Shown here: in pieces, positions 39,639 through 49,804 of the stretch
Layout of the letters: the number at the start of each line of letters is the position of its first letter
Position numbering within the stretch: the first letter of the stretch is position 1
Virus record (IMG/VR): IMGVR_UViG_3300017917_003446
Span: 1-64,000 of that record
Reading direction: 5' to 3' (one strand)
DNA length: 64,000 bases
DNA from: a virus
Position numbers and translations under genes: made by a program
Notes under the pieces: generated by a model
Databases searched by the model: none
Told to the model about the DNA's origin: nothing
Seen by the model: only the letters and a program-made list of their open reading frames with translations

Positions 39639-40603
39639 ATACAACATTTTTAATTGACGGTGGCGCCGGAAGAGTCATTAATTCTATACCTGCACTGGAA
39701 AAATATTATAAACTAAATCCCGAAGATGACTTTAAAGTTTTAGTATATGGGTGGGAATCTGTTTTTTGGAGCCACCCTATATTACAAAAAAGAGTATTTG
39801 GGGCTAATCAAAAAGGAAATTTTGAGCATATCATAAAAGGAACAAAAATAGTTTCACCTGAACCTTATAGAAATCATAGATTTTTTAATCAACAAATTAA
39901 TCTTGTTGAAGCATTTGATGATGAAATCAACAAAACAACCGATCACTCTGATCTAAATTATAATTGTCTTCATTTATCTGTCACTGAAATAGCAAAATCA
40001 AAAGAACACATAGAAAATGTTAAAAATCAACAAAGAAAAAATAAAATGGTGGTATTTCAGCCATTTGGGTCATCCGTTGAATTAATTAACAAGCAACCTT
40101 TTGATCGTTCTAATCGTTCTTTTGAATCATCGGATTATTTTAAAATTGTTCAATCTTTATCAAGTGACGCTATTGTTTTTTATGCTAGTTTACCTATGTT
40201 TCGTCATCCAAACGATAATATTTCAATTTCTTTTGATGAAATAGGTTCATACCATAGAACATTAATGTGTTTGATTTATCATTGTGACTATTACATAGGA
40301 TGTTGCTCAATTGGGCAACATGTAGCTAGAGCTTTTGGTAAACCAGGATTGATTGCTATGGGCGGCACTAATGAAATAAATTTTAGTTATCCGAATCATT
40401 TTACTATTTACCGTAGAAAAAATAAGGAACCTAAGTATATACCATGGAGATTATCAGATGTAGATTGTGAATTTGCGGATAGAGAAAATGAGGGATTAAT
40501 GAAATTTTCTGATGATGAACTTAAAGAAATGATTTCAATAATAAAGAAAAATATTAACTCTTCTAACACCGACAGATTTGATAGATTAGTGTCCTATGGT
40601 TAA
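39635..40603 (+). CDS. GT9-like (GT-B) glycosyltransferase
   Basis: DGGAGRVI..IPAL; VFQPFG; YIGC.S.GQH.ARAFGKP; ATGA-coupled start. Confidence 0.7.
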   Translation: MNTTFLIDGGAGRVINSIPALEKYYKLNPEDDFKVLVYGWESVFWSHPILQKRVFGANQKGNFEHIIKGTKIVSPEPYRNHRFFNQQINLVEAFDDEINKTTDHSDLNYNCLHLSVTEIAKSKEHIENVKNQQRKNKMVVFQPFGSSVELINKQPFDRSNRSFESSDYFKIVQSLSSDAIVFYASLPMFRHPNDNISISFDEIGSYHRTLMCLIYHCDYYIGCCSIGQHVARAFGKPGLIAMGGTNEINFSYPNHFTIYRRKNKEPKYIPWRLSDVDCEFADRENEGLMKFSDDELKEMISIIKKNINSSNTDRFDRLVSYG

Positions 40604-40967
40604 TGCGCCTATATCTATTGGTGAATTGTTTGATAAAATCACTATTTTAGAGATAAAACTAAGTCAAGTGAAAAATGAAGATAAATTGAAAAATATTACT
40701 ATGGAACATAATTATTTAAAAAAAATTTCTGTTTCCATAAATACTAAGAATATAGATTATCTTATAGATAATCTAAAAGAAGTTAATATGATTCTTTGGA
40801 ATATAGAAAATAGTATTAGAGCAAAAGAAAATCTGCAAGAATTTGATTTAGAATTTATTGAAATAGCAAGAAGTGTGTACAAAAATAATGATATTCGTGC
40901 AGATATTAAGAAAAAAATAAACATGTTAGCTAATTCTTTGTTATGTGAGGAAAAAGAACATCTATGA
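40596..40967 (+). CDS. DUF6165-like helical protein
   Basis: PIS.GEL.DKITILEIK; LW.IE..IR; ARSVY..ND.RA.IK..IN. Confidence 0.75.
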   Translation: MVNAPISIGELFDKITILEIKLSQVKNEDKLKNITMEHNYLKKISVSINTKNIDYLIDNLKEVNMILWNIENSIRAKENLQEFDLEFIEIARSVYKNNDIRADIKKKINMLANSLLCEEKEHL

Positions 40968-41758
40968 AAGAATATTATTTTATATCGGGATTGCCTAGAT
41001 CAGGTTCAACCTTATTATCAGGTATTCTAAGACAAAATCCTGATTTTTATGCTGACATTGCTTCACCTTTACAAGGTTTAGTTCAAGGTATTATAAACAA
41101 TATTACAAGTTCTGAAAGTAATACAACGATACAAGAAGACCGTAGAAAGACTATTTTATATGGTCTTTTCAACGCCTTTTACGATCATGTAAATAAACCT
41201 ATAATTTTTGATTCATCTAGAGGATGGACTTCTGTTACCCCTTTACTTAAAGAACTTTTCCCTAATACAAAAATAATTTGTTGTGTTAGGGAGATATTTT
41301 GGATTTTAGATTCTTTTGAAAGAATTGCTGCTAAAAATTGTCTTTATACCAATACCCTTGTAGAAGATGTAGCCAGATCAAATATAGAATCAAGATGCCT
41401 AAGTATGATGGATGCACGAAAAGATGGTATAGTTATAATGCCATGGTATTGGTTACGAGAAGGATTATCATTAAATAGAGACATGATTCATCTGGTTGAA
41501 TATAACTCTTTGTGCAAAAATCCAGAAGAAACACTTAGAGGTATTTATAATTTCATAGGTAAAGAATATTTTGAACATGATTTTGATAATGTGGAATATG
41601 AAAATGAAACTTTTGATCGTTCTTTAAACATGAAAGATTTACATACAGTGAAACGAAAAGTAGAATGGGTTGAAAGAAAAACTATTCTGCCTGATTTTGT
41701 AATAGAACAATTTACAAAAAAAGATTTTTGGAAGAAAAAAAATATAAACTATGAATGA
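40964..41758 (+). CDS. PAPS-dependent sulfotransferase
   Basis: 5'-PSB loop SGLPRSGSTLL; KIICCVR...ILDS; Y..L...PE. Confidence 0.88.
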   Translation: MKEYYFISGLPRSGSTLLSGILRQNPDFYADIASPLQGLVQGIINNITSSESNTTIQEDRRKTILYGLFNAFYDHVNKPIIFDSSRGWTSVTPLLKELFPNTKIICCVREIFWILDSFERIAAKNCLYTNTLVEDVARSNIESRCLSMMDARKDGIVIMPWYWLREGLSLNRDMIHLVEYNSLCKNPEETLRGIYNFIGKEYFEHDFDNVEYENETFDRSLNMKDLHTVKRKVEWVERKTILPDFVIEQFTKKDFWKKKNINYE

Positions 41759-42341
41759 CTATAATAAAAATGTAATAGAAATACCAAATTTTATTTCCTC
41801 AAATCATCAAAATACTTTGGAAAACTATGTTTGTAATAGCAATTTTAAATGGAGTTACTATGAGGGAACTATTTTAAAAACAGACATACAATACACTAAC
41901 AATTGCGTTATAGAAAAAGGATTTAATCCTCCACAATTTTGTCATTTTGTAAATATTAATCACAATCCCAATATTATTTTTATGCGGCCAATTTTAGATT
42001 CTTTAGCATCATTCTTTAATAAAAATTTACAAATAATAAAATGTAAATTTAATCTTCTTACTCAAAGAAAAGATAGTTTACATCATTATCCTCATTCTGA
42101 TCTAGATAAATTTGATGGTAATGTTTATACTGCTTTGTATTATATAAATGATTCTGACGGCGAAACTTATCTTTTTAACGAATTTGCTCCCAAAATAGAT
42201 GATAATATTTCAATACATAAGAAAATTATTCCCGAAAAAGGAAAAATTTTGATTTTTGATTCAAGACGTTTTCATGCGTCATCAAGCCCACAAACAAATG
42301 AAATAAGATTAGTTTTAAATATTGTATTTGGAGTAGTTTAA
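41751..42341 (+). CDS. 2OG-Fe(II) oxygenase
   Basis: PHSD; LYYINDSDG.T; FD...FHASSSP....R.V.N. Confidence 0.85.
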   Translation: MNDYNKNVIEIPNFISSNHQNTLENYVCNSNFKWSYYEGTILKTDIQYTNNCVIEKGFNPPQFCHFVNINHNPNIIFMRPILDSLASFFNKNLQIIKCKFNLLTQRKDSLHHYPHSDLDKFDGNVYTALYYINDSDGETYLFNEFAPKIDDNISIHKKIIPEKGKILIFDSRRFHASSSPQTNEIRLVLNIVFGVV

Positions 42342-42342
42342 T

Positions 42343-43179
42343 ATGCAAAAGATATTAATTATGGGATTGCCGGGTTCAGGTAAAACGTATTTTGCTGAAT
42401 GCCTTAAAAAATATATGATGTCAGAACAAAAATCTTTATCCTTAATAGAAAACGATGCACCTTATCCAGATTTGTATTTTAAAGTCGATTGGTTCAATGC
42501 TGACGACGTAAGAAAAAGATTTAATGATTGGGATTTTTCTAAAGAAGGTAGAATTCGTCAATCGCTAAGAATGTTTGAATTCGCTATGAAATGTAAAGGT
42601 GATTATGTTATTTGCGATTTCGTAGCACCTTTGCCTGAAATGAGACATAATTTTAAGGCAGATTGGACCATTTGGATGGATACTATTGATTCTGGTCGAT
42701 ACGAAGATACTAATAAGATGTTCGTTCCTCCAGAAATTTACGATTTTAGAATAAACGAACAGAATGCTGAAAAATGGGTTCCCTATGTAGGCGAAATGAT
42801 TTTACAAAACAAACGTCGCCCTATATTTGATTGGAAAAAAGAAACAGTTCAAATGCTTGGACGTTGGCAACCTTGGCATGCTGGGCATAGAGCATTATTT
42901 GAAAGAGCATTTGCTAAAACAGGACAAGTTTGTATAATGATTAGAGATTGTCAAGGCTGGAATAAATCAAACCCTTATGCTATAGACCAAGTCAAATATT
43001 TTATAAAAAGAGATCTCGATCCACTTTATCAGGGGCAATACGAAATTTTGGTTGTTCCTAATATAGTAAATATTACTTATGGTCGAGACGTAGGTTATAA
43101 AATAGAACAAGAAGTTTTCGATGATGTTATACATGATATTAGCGCAACTAAGATTAGAAAAAATATGGGTTTAGAATAA
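42343..43179 (+). CDS. APS-kinase (CysC-like) domain fused to an HxGH nucleotidyltransferase domain
   Basis: P-loop GLPGSGKT; NAD.VR...DWDFS.EGR.RQ; C-terminal GRWQPWHAGH and ISATKIR. Confidence 0.8.
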   Translation: MQKILIMGLPGSGKTYFAECLKKYMMSEQKSLSLIENDAPYPDLYFKVDWFNADDVRKRFNDWDFSKEGRIRQSLRMFEFAMKCKGDYVICDFVAPLPEMRHNFKADWTIWMDTIDSGRYEDTNKMFVPPEIYDFRINEQNAEKWVPYVGEMILQNKRRPIFDWKKETVQMLGRWQPWHAGHRALFERAFAKTGQVCIMIRDCQGWNKSNPYAIDQVKYFIKRDLDPLYQGQYEILVVPNIVNITYGRDVGYKIEQEVFDDVIHDISATKIRKNMGLE

Positions 43180-43194
43180 CTAAAATCAAAATTT

Positions 43195-43229
43195 TATAAA
43201 TAAAAGGACACTATATAGTGTCCTTTTTT
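43195..43229 (+). promoter_or_regulatory. Late promoter abutting a terminator-like hairpin
   Basis: TATAAATA (43195-43202) then AAAAGGACAC-TATATA-GTGTCCTTTTTT. Confidence 0.75.
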
Positions 43230-43241
43230 CTTGGATGCCAA

Positions 43242-46200
43242 ATGGCGAATACAATTCAGCACAAACGATCCTCCGTTTTAGGGAAAATTCCTACATCTGC
43301 TAATCTAGCAGTGGGTGAAATTGCTATCAATTTTGCCGATAAACTAATTTATACTAAAAATACTGACGGTAACGTCATTGTAATAGCCTACGGCACACTA
43401 GAAAGATTTACTGGTAATATTATTCCTTCGCAAAACGTAACTTATACATTAGGTAATTCGACACATAGATTTAGTAATTTATTTTTAAGTGGATCTACAA
43501 TTAATTTGGGCGGCGCCTCTATAAAATATGAGGGCGGATTTTTTAAAGTATTAGATGAAAATGGTAATCCAGCTAAAACATTAATATACACAGCTAATAT
43601 TTTTGAATCAGGAAATACTACTTCTGGTAATGTTTATTTCACTAACAATAGAGCAAGAGCTGCTTTAACCAGCGGTAATTCTATATCTTATGATTCTACT
43701 ACAGGTAATATTACACTTTCTCCTTCAGGCGTTACTGCTGCATCTTATGGAAATGCATCATTAATTCCATCACTCACGGTTGATCAATTTGGTAGAGTAA
43801 CTAGAGTATCAAACGTATCAGTAGCCGGGGTAAACAATTTTACTGCTTCCGGCAACGCATTTACTATTCAAACTTCTGCTGGTACAAGTTTTACTGCAAA
43901 TATTCAACTTAATTCTATAAGATTAGGAACAGACACAACTGGAGACTATGTATCTAATTTGACCGCTGGAACAGGAGTTGTACTAAGTAATTTAGGTGGA
44001 GAAGGTATAAATCCTACAATAGCAATAGGTCAAAATGTCGCTACAACTGCAGATGTAACTTTTTCAAATATTACTGCCACCGGTAACATTATTGCGAGTA
44101 ATATTTCAGGTAGTCAAACTAATACAACAATAATTGCAGGTTCCTATGCATTCTCGTTTGATAATGCTGGCAATTTAACTGCGCCTACTGCCATTAATAC
44201 TGGAACAATCAATGCCAGATCATGGAATAATTTATATACTAATAACGTAATTGAAGGTACAAATTTATACTTTACTAATGCAAGATCATATGCCAATACG
44301 TTGACAGCAATAAAAACCGGTAACGGTATTGTTTATAATAGTACTACAGGCAATATAACTCTTAATCCCACAGGAGTAACTGCAACTACTTATGGTGGTA
44401 GTTCAAACGTATCTGTTATTACTGTAGATCAATTTGGAAGGATTACGTCAGCTTCTAATGCAGCAGTCGCAGGAGTTTCAAGTTTTAATGCATCAGGCAA
44501 TTCCTTTACTATTGCCACTTCAGCAGGTTCTACTTTTATAGCAAATATTCAACCAAATTCTGTGAGACTCGGAACTGATACTACAGGAGATTACGTAGCT
44601 AATTTAGTTGCAGGAGCAGGTGTAATATTAACTAATCTTGGCGGCGAAGGAATATCACCTACAATATCTATTGGACAAAATGTAGATACACATGCAGATG
44701 TAACATTTGCCAATATTACTATTACTGGTAATTTATCAGTATTAGGAAATGCAGTACAATTCAATGCTAATACTTTAGTTATAGACGATCCTTTAATCCA
44801 AGTCGGAGCTAATAACAATTTATCGGATTCTGTGGATTTAGGATTTTTCGGACATTATAAAGGTGGTACACCTAGTGTAGAAAGACATGCAGGATTATTT
44901 AGAGATGCTAGTGACGGTAATTTTAAATTATTTGCTAATTTGGATCCCACACCTGACGTTGTTGTTGATACAAGTAATGTATCATTTAATTTTGCCAATC
45001 TAATTGTCAATTATTTAACAGGCAATGTATTAGGTACTGTTAACACCTTATCTAATTTTTCTACAAGTAATTTATCGGAAGGTACAAATTTATATTTTAC
45101 CAATGCAAGAGTATATTCTAATGTTGCTCCTTTATTAACTACAGCTAATGTCTCAGAAGTAACTAATCTATATTTTACCAATGCAAGAGTTTATGCGGCA
45201 GTCACAGGTAACTTAGCATCAAAAGCTAATGTCACAGATTTAACAACTAGCAATATAGCAGAAGGTACAAATTTATATTTCACTAATGCTAGAGTATATT
45301 CTAATATTGCTCCTCTTCTAACTACTGCAAATGTATTAGAATTAACCAATCTATATTTTACCAATGCAAGAGTTTATGGAACAGTCACTGGAAATTTAGC
45401 ATTAAAGGCTAATATTGTAGATTTAACAACAAGTAATATAGCTGAAGGAGCGAATTTATATTTCACTAATGATAGAGTTTATTCTAATATTGCTCCTCTT
45501 CTAACTACTGCAAATATATTGGAAGTAAACAATTTATATTTTACAAATGCCAGATCATATGCTAATACGTTGATAGCATTACGTGCAGGTAATGGTATAA
45601 ACTATAATAATGTTACCGGCAATATTACGTTAACTGCAACCGGAGTTTCTTCTGCAACTTACGGCGGATCGGCAAATATACCGGTTGTTACCATAGATGC
45701 ATTTGGCAGAATATCTTCAGCATCCAACGTTGCTGTTGCAGGTGTGTCAAGTTTTACTTCTTCAGGTAACAGTTTTACTATAAGTACAGGCGCAGGTACA
45801 AGTTTTACCGCAAATATACAACCCGATTCAATTAGATTAGGTACAGATACTACTGGTCCTTATGTTGCAAATTTGGTAGCAGGTACAGGAGTAACCTTAT
45901 CTGGATTGGGTAATGAAGGAACAACACCCACAATAAACATAGGTCAAAGTGTTGCTGCAACATCTGACGTAGTTTTTGCCAATATTACTGCTACAGGCAA
46001 TGTTACTGTTTTAGGTAATGTTAATGTAGGCAATCTAATAGGTAACTTTACAAATACTACTATAACTGCAGGTAGTTATGTATTTACTTTTGATAATGCC
46101 GGTAATGTTACCATACCTACAGCATTAAATGCCAATACAATAAATGCAACTTTTTGGAATAATTTATATACCAACAATGTAGTTGAAAGTGTAAATCTAT

Positions 46201-49200
46201 ATTTCACTAATGCTCGTTCTTATTCTAATACTTTAGTCGCACTTAGATCAGGCAATGGTATTTCATACAACAATGTGACAGGAAATATCACATTAACAGC
46301 AACAGGTGTTACTGCCAGTACTTATGGTGGGACATCCCAAATACCTGTATTTACTGTTGATTCTTTTGGTAGATTAACCAATGCAAGTAATGTTGCAGTT
46401 GCAGGAGTAAACGCATTTACCTCTTCAGGTAATTCCTTCACTATAAGCACAGCAGCAGGTACAAGTTTCACAGCAAATATTCAACCAGATTCTATAAGAC
46501 TTGGAACAGATACAACCGGACCATATATATCAAACTTAATAGCAGGTACAGGTGTTACTTTAACAGGACTAGGTAACGAAAGCACTACACCTACAATATC
46601 AATTGGTCAAGCAGTAGATGCAACTTCAGATGTAACTTTCAAAAATATAATAATAAGTGGCAATTTAACTGTATCCGGTAATACCTCCTATATTAATACT
46701 GAAACAATTGAATTAGCTGATAATAAAATTACATTAAATTCTAATCTGACTGGTGCTCCCTCGGAAGATGCGGGATTAGTAATTAACAGAGGCACTAATG
46801 CAAATGTAGAATTAAGATGGAATGAAACTAGTGATTATTGGGAGTTTACTAACAATGGTACTAATTACTTTAAGATAGCAGTATCTACAACTGATTTAGT
46901 AGAGGGCACTAATTTATATTATACAAATACTAAAGCATACGCTAACACATTGTCTGCAATAAAAACTGGTAATGGAATAGTTTACGACAATACAGCGGGA
47001 AATATAACACTATCAGCTACCGGTGTAATAGCTGCATCATATGGAAACACTACACATCATATCGGATTGGTAGTAGATGAGCATGGTAGAATAACATCTG
47101 CTAATACAATAGCACTTACAACAGGACCTACAGGACCTCAAGGAGCGGCCGGTGTACAAGGTTCCCAAGGTAATGCTGGAGTCCAAGGAGCACAAGGTAA
47201 TGCGGGTATCCAAGGAGCACAAGGTGTTGCTGGAATACAAGGGGCACAGGGCAATGCTGGAATACAAGGGGCACAGGGTGTAGCAGGCGTACAAGGTTCC
47301 CAAGGTAATGCTGGAGTCCAAGGAGCACAAGGTAATGCGGGTATCCAAGGAGCACAAGGTGACGTAGGTGTTCAAGGTGCTGCAGGTGTACAAGGTTCTC
47401 AGGGCAATGCTGGAGTCCAAGGAGCACAGGGCGCTACGGGTCCACAGGGTGTAGCAGGCGTACAAGGTTCTCAGGGCAATGCTGGGATACAAGGTGCTAC
47501 GGGTCCACAGGGTGTAGCAGGTGTACAAGGAGCTCAAGGAGTTCAAGGCGCCACTGGTCCACAAGGATTAAATTCCTCAGATGAATTTTTCTCATCTAAT
47601 ATTACCGCAAATATTTCTATTACAGCAAATGTATGGAGAAATTTATATACTTCTAATGTAATAGAAAATGGAACTACTACAACAGGTAATGTTTATTTTA
47701 CAAATTCAAGAGCCAGACTTGCACTTACAAGTGGAAATGGTATATCATATGATTCTGCTACAGGTAATATAACTTTATCTTCAACAGATGTAGTAGCTAG
47801 CACTTATGGTGGCAATAATAGAATAATTCCCAGATTCACCGTAGATAGTTTAGGTAGAATTACATCTGCATCCAATACGACATTAGATGATATTGTACTA
47901 GGTACACAAACATCAGGTAATTATGTACAAAATGTTTTACCTGGAACAGGTGTTACTATATCAGGTACTCCGGGTGAATCAAGAGATGCTACAATTTCCA
48001 TTGGTCAGGCGGTATCTACTACCTCAGATGTTACCTTTGCAAATGTTACAGTAACAGGTAATTTATTAGTACAAGGCAATGCTGTTGAATTTGCAGCAAA
48101 TACTTTAGTAATTAATGATCCATTGATTCAGGTAGGTAAAAATCCTACAGGAGATGCTGTAGATTTAGGATTCTTTGGACACTATCTTACAGGATCGGTG
48201 GAAAGACATGCTGGATTATTTAGAGATGCAACTGACGGTAAATTTAAACTATTCGCAAACCTTGATCCAGAGCCAGTAACTATAGTTGATACAGCTAATA
48301 CATCTTACTACAAAGCATATTTTGAAGTTGGCACAATCGATTCAGCGAATGGCTCATTTACAGGAAATGTAACAACTGGTAATGTAAGTGGAACTAGAGG
48401 AGACTTCGTATATTTTGATGGTATTATGGATTCAGGTACCATTAATAACGCAGTTGTTGTAGAAAAATCGCCGGTAGTAACCGTCACATTAAGCGGAAAC
48501 ATAACAGGATCAGCATCTGCAATACTATCAAATTTAGCAAGTAATACAGTAACAGTTACAACTACACTAGAAAATACTGGAGTATCGGCTACAACCTATG
48601 GTGGATCTTCTAAAGTCCCTGTACTTGTAATTGATGCTAAAGGTAGAATAACGTCAGCATCAAATGTAAATGTTGCAGGTGTTACGTCATTTAGTGCTTC
48701 GGGTAATACATTCACTATAGCTACTGCTGATGGTGGATCATTTAGTGCAAATATTCAACAAAATTCAGTAAGATTAGGAACTGATACTACAGGTGACTTT
48801 GTAGGTAACGTACTAGCAGGGACAGGTTTAGTAGCAAGTGGACAAAGTGGTGAATATGCTAATGTAACATTAACACTAGCTTCTTCTGGTGTAGTAGCAT
48901 CAACGTATGGAAATGCTACTATTCAAAGTGTTATCACAGTTGATACTTATGGTAGAATAACTTCTGCAGCAAATGTTACTGCTCAAGTATCTAATACCAA
49001 TATTTTAGGAAACATTGCATCATCCCAACTTAATCCTACAGGAGTAACTGCTGCTAACTACGGAAATAATTCACATCATATTGGATTAGTTATAGATCAA
49101 CAAGGAAGAATAACTTCTGCAAATATGATACCTTTCTCTGCAGGTCCCACAGGACCTCAGGGAGCAGCAGGAGCCCAAGGCGCAACCGGTGCTCAAGGCG

Positions 49201-49790
49201 CCAATGGATCAAATGGTTCACCTGGACCTAACGGAGCTCAAGGTCCTGCAGGTGTTCAAGGTGCAACAGGTGCTCAAGGCGCCAATGGATCAAATGGTTC
49301 ACCTGGACCTAACGGAGCTCAAGGCCCTGCAGGTGCTCAAGGCCCAACAGGACCAACGGGGCCGCAAGGTGCTACTGGTCCTCAGGGTGCTTCGTCAGGA
49401 GGCAATTTATTATTGAATATATCATTGGGTGTTGGTACTCCAGCATCAGGTACTCAAGGTGAAATACGTGCTACTAATAACATTACTGCTTATTATTCTG
49501 ATGATAGATTAAAAACTAGAATAAATAATATTCCTAATGCTTTAGATAAAATTAAATCATTGTCGGGATTTTATTTCACAGCTAACGATGTAGCAAAATC
49601 TTTAGGATATCAAGGTGAACTTCAGGTGGGTGTATCTGCTCAGGAAATTCAAAGAGTTCTACCTGAAGTAGTAGCGCCTGCCCCTATAGATGATAAATAC
49701 TTAACAGTTAGATATGAGAAAATTATTCCGCTACTTATTGAAGGTATCAAGGAACTAGAAATAAGAATAAGTGCATTAGAAAACAAATAA
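43242..49790 (+). CDS. Giant (about 2180 aa) repetitive tail fibre with two collagen segments and an S74 chaperone
   Basis: IQHKRS...P....L..GEIAIN..D anchor; internal repeats; GXY runs; YYSD.RLK...GVSAQE...LPE.V; ATG 43242 preferred over GTG 43218 inside the hairpin. Confidence 0.88.
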   Translation: MANTIQHKRSSVLGKIPTSANLAVGEIAINFADKLIYTKNTDGNVIVIAYGTLERFTGNIIPSQNVTYTLGNSTHRFSNLFLSGSTINLGGASIKYEGGFFKVLDENGNPAKTLIYTANIFESGNTTSGNVYFTNNRARAALTSGNSISYDSTTGNITLSPSGVTAASYGNASLIPSLTVDQFGRVTRVSNVSVAGVNNFTASGNAFTIQTSAGTSFTANIQLNSIRLGTDTTGDYVSNLTAGTGVVLSNLGGEGINPTIAIGQNVATTADVTFSNITATGNIIASNISGSQTNTTIIAGSYAFSFDNAGNLTAPTAINTGTINARSWNNLYTNNVIEGTNLYFTNARSYANTLTAIKTGNGIVYNSTTGNITLNPTGVTATTYGGSSNVSVITVDQFGRITSASNAAVAGVSSFNASGNSFTIATSAGSTFIANIQPNSVRLGTDTTGDYVANLVAGAGVILTNLGGEGISPTISIGQNVDTHADVTFANITITGNLSVLGNAVQFNANTLVIDDPLIQVGANNNLSDSVDLGFFGHYKGGTPSVERHAGLFRDASDGNFKLFANLDPTPDVVVDTSNVSFNFANLIVNYLTGNVLGTVNTLSNFSTSNLSEGTNLYFTNARVYSNVAPLLTTANVSEVTNLYFTNARVYAAVTGNLASKANVTDLTTSNIAEGTNLYFTNARVYSNIAPLLTTANVLELTNLYFTNARVYGTVTGNLALKANIVDLTTSNIAEGANLYFTNDRVYSNIAPLLTTANILEVNNLYFTNARSYANTLIALRAGNGINYNNVTGNITLTATGVSSATYGGSANIPVVTIDAFGRISSASNVAVAGVSSFTSSGNSFTISTGAGTSFTANIQPDSIRLGTDTTGPYVANLVAGTGVTLSGLGNEGTTPTINIGQSVAATSDVVFANITATGNVTVLGNVNVGNLIGNFTNTTITAGSYVFTFDNAGNVTIPTALNANTINATFWNNLYTNNVVESVNLYFTNARSYSNTLVALRSGNGISYNNVTGNITLTATGVTASTYGGTSQIPVFTVDSFGRLTNASNVAVAGVNAFTSSGNSFTISTAAGTSFTANIQPDSIRLGTDTTGPYISNLIAGTGVTLTGLGNESTTPTISIGQAVDATSDVTFKNIIISGNLTVSGNTSYINTETIELADNKITLNSNLTGAPSEDAGLVINRGTNANVELRWNETSDYWEFTNNGTNYFKIAVSTTDLVEGTNLYYTNTKAYANTLSAIKTGNGIVYDNTAGNITLSATGVIAASYGNTTHHIGLVVDEHGRITSANTIALTTGPTGPQGAAGVQGSQGNAGVQGAQGNAGIQGAQGVAGIQGAQGNAGIQGAQGVAGVQGSQGNAGVQGAQGNAGIQGAQGDVGVQGAAGVQGSQGNAGVQGAQGATGPQGVAGVQGSQGNAGIQGATGPQGVAGVQGAQGVQGATGPQGLNSSDEFFSSNITANISITANVWRNLYTSNVIENGTTTTGNVYFTNSRARLALTSGNGISYDSATGNITLSSTDVVASTYGGNNRIIPRFTVDSLGRITSASNTTLDDIVLGTQTSGNYVQNVLPGTGVTISGTPGESRDATISIGQAVSTTSDVTFANVTVTGNLLVQGNAVEFAANTLVINDPLIQVGKNPTGDAVDLGFFGHYLTGSVERHAGLFRDATDGKFKLFANLDPEPVTIVDTANTSYYKAYFEVGTIDSANGSFTGNVTTGNVSGTRGDFVYFDGIMDSGTINNAVVVEKSPVVTVTLSGNITGSASAILSNLASNTVTVTTTLENTGVSATTYGGSSKVPVLVIDAKGRITSASNVNVAGVTSFSASGNTFTIATADGGSFSANIQQNSVRLGTDTTGDFVGNVLAGTGLVASGQSGEYANVTLTLASSGVVASTYGNATIQSVITVDTYGRITSAANVTAQVSNTNILGNIASSQLNPTGVTAANYGNNSHHIGLVIDQQGRITSANMIPFSAGPTGPQGAAGAQGATGAQGANGSNGSPGPNGAQGPAGVQGATGAQGANGSNGSPGPNGAQGPAGAQGPTGPTGPQGATGPQGASSGGNLLLNISLGVGTPASGTQGEIRATNNITAYYSDDRLKTRINNIPNALDKIKSLSGFYFTANDVAKSLGYQGELQVGVSAQEIQRVLPEVVAPAPIDDKYLTVRYEKIIPLLIEGIKELEIRISALENK
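47124..47573 (+). repeat. 50 uninterrupted Gly-X-Y triplets, Gln/Ala-rich
   Basis: GPT...GLN, 450 nt. Confidence 0.95.
49143..49394 (+). repeat. 28 Gly-X-Y triplets with an internal duplication
   Basis: GATGAQGANGSNGSPGPNGAQGPA occurs twice. Confidence 0.95.
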
Positions 49791-49804
49791 ATTAAATTTA
49801 TATT

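Noticed and set aside
30904-49394. Short periodic repeats as CRISPR arrays
   Set aside because: They are in-frame collagen and fibre repeats with no constant repeat/unique spacer structure
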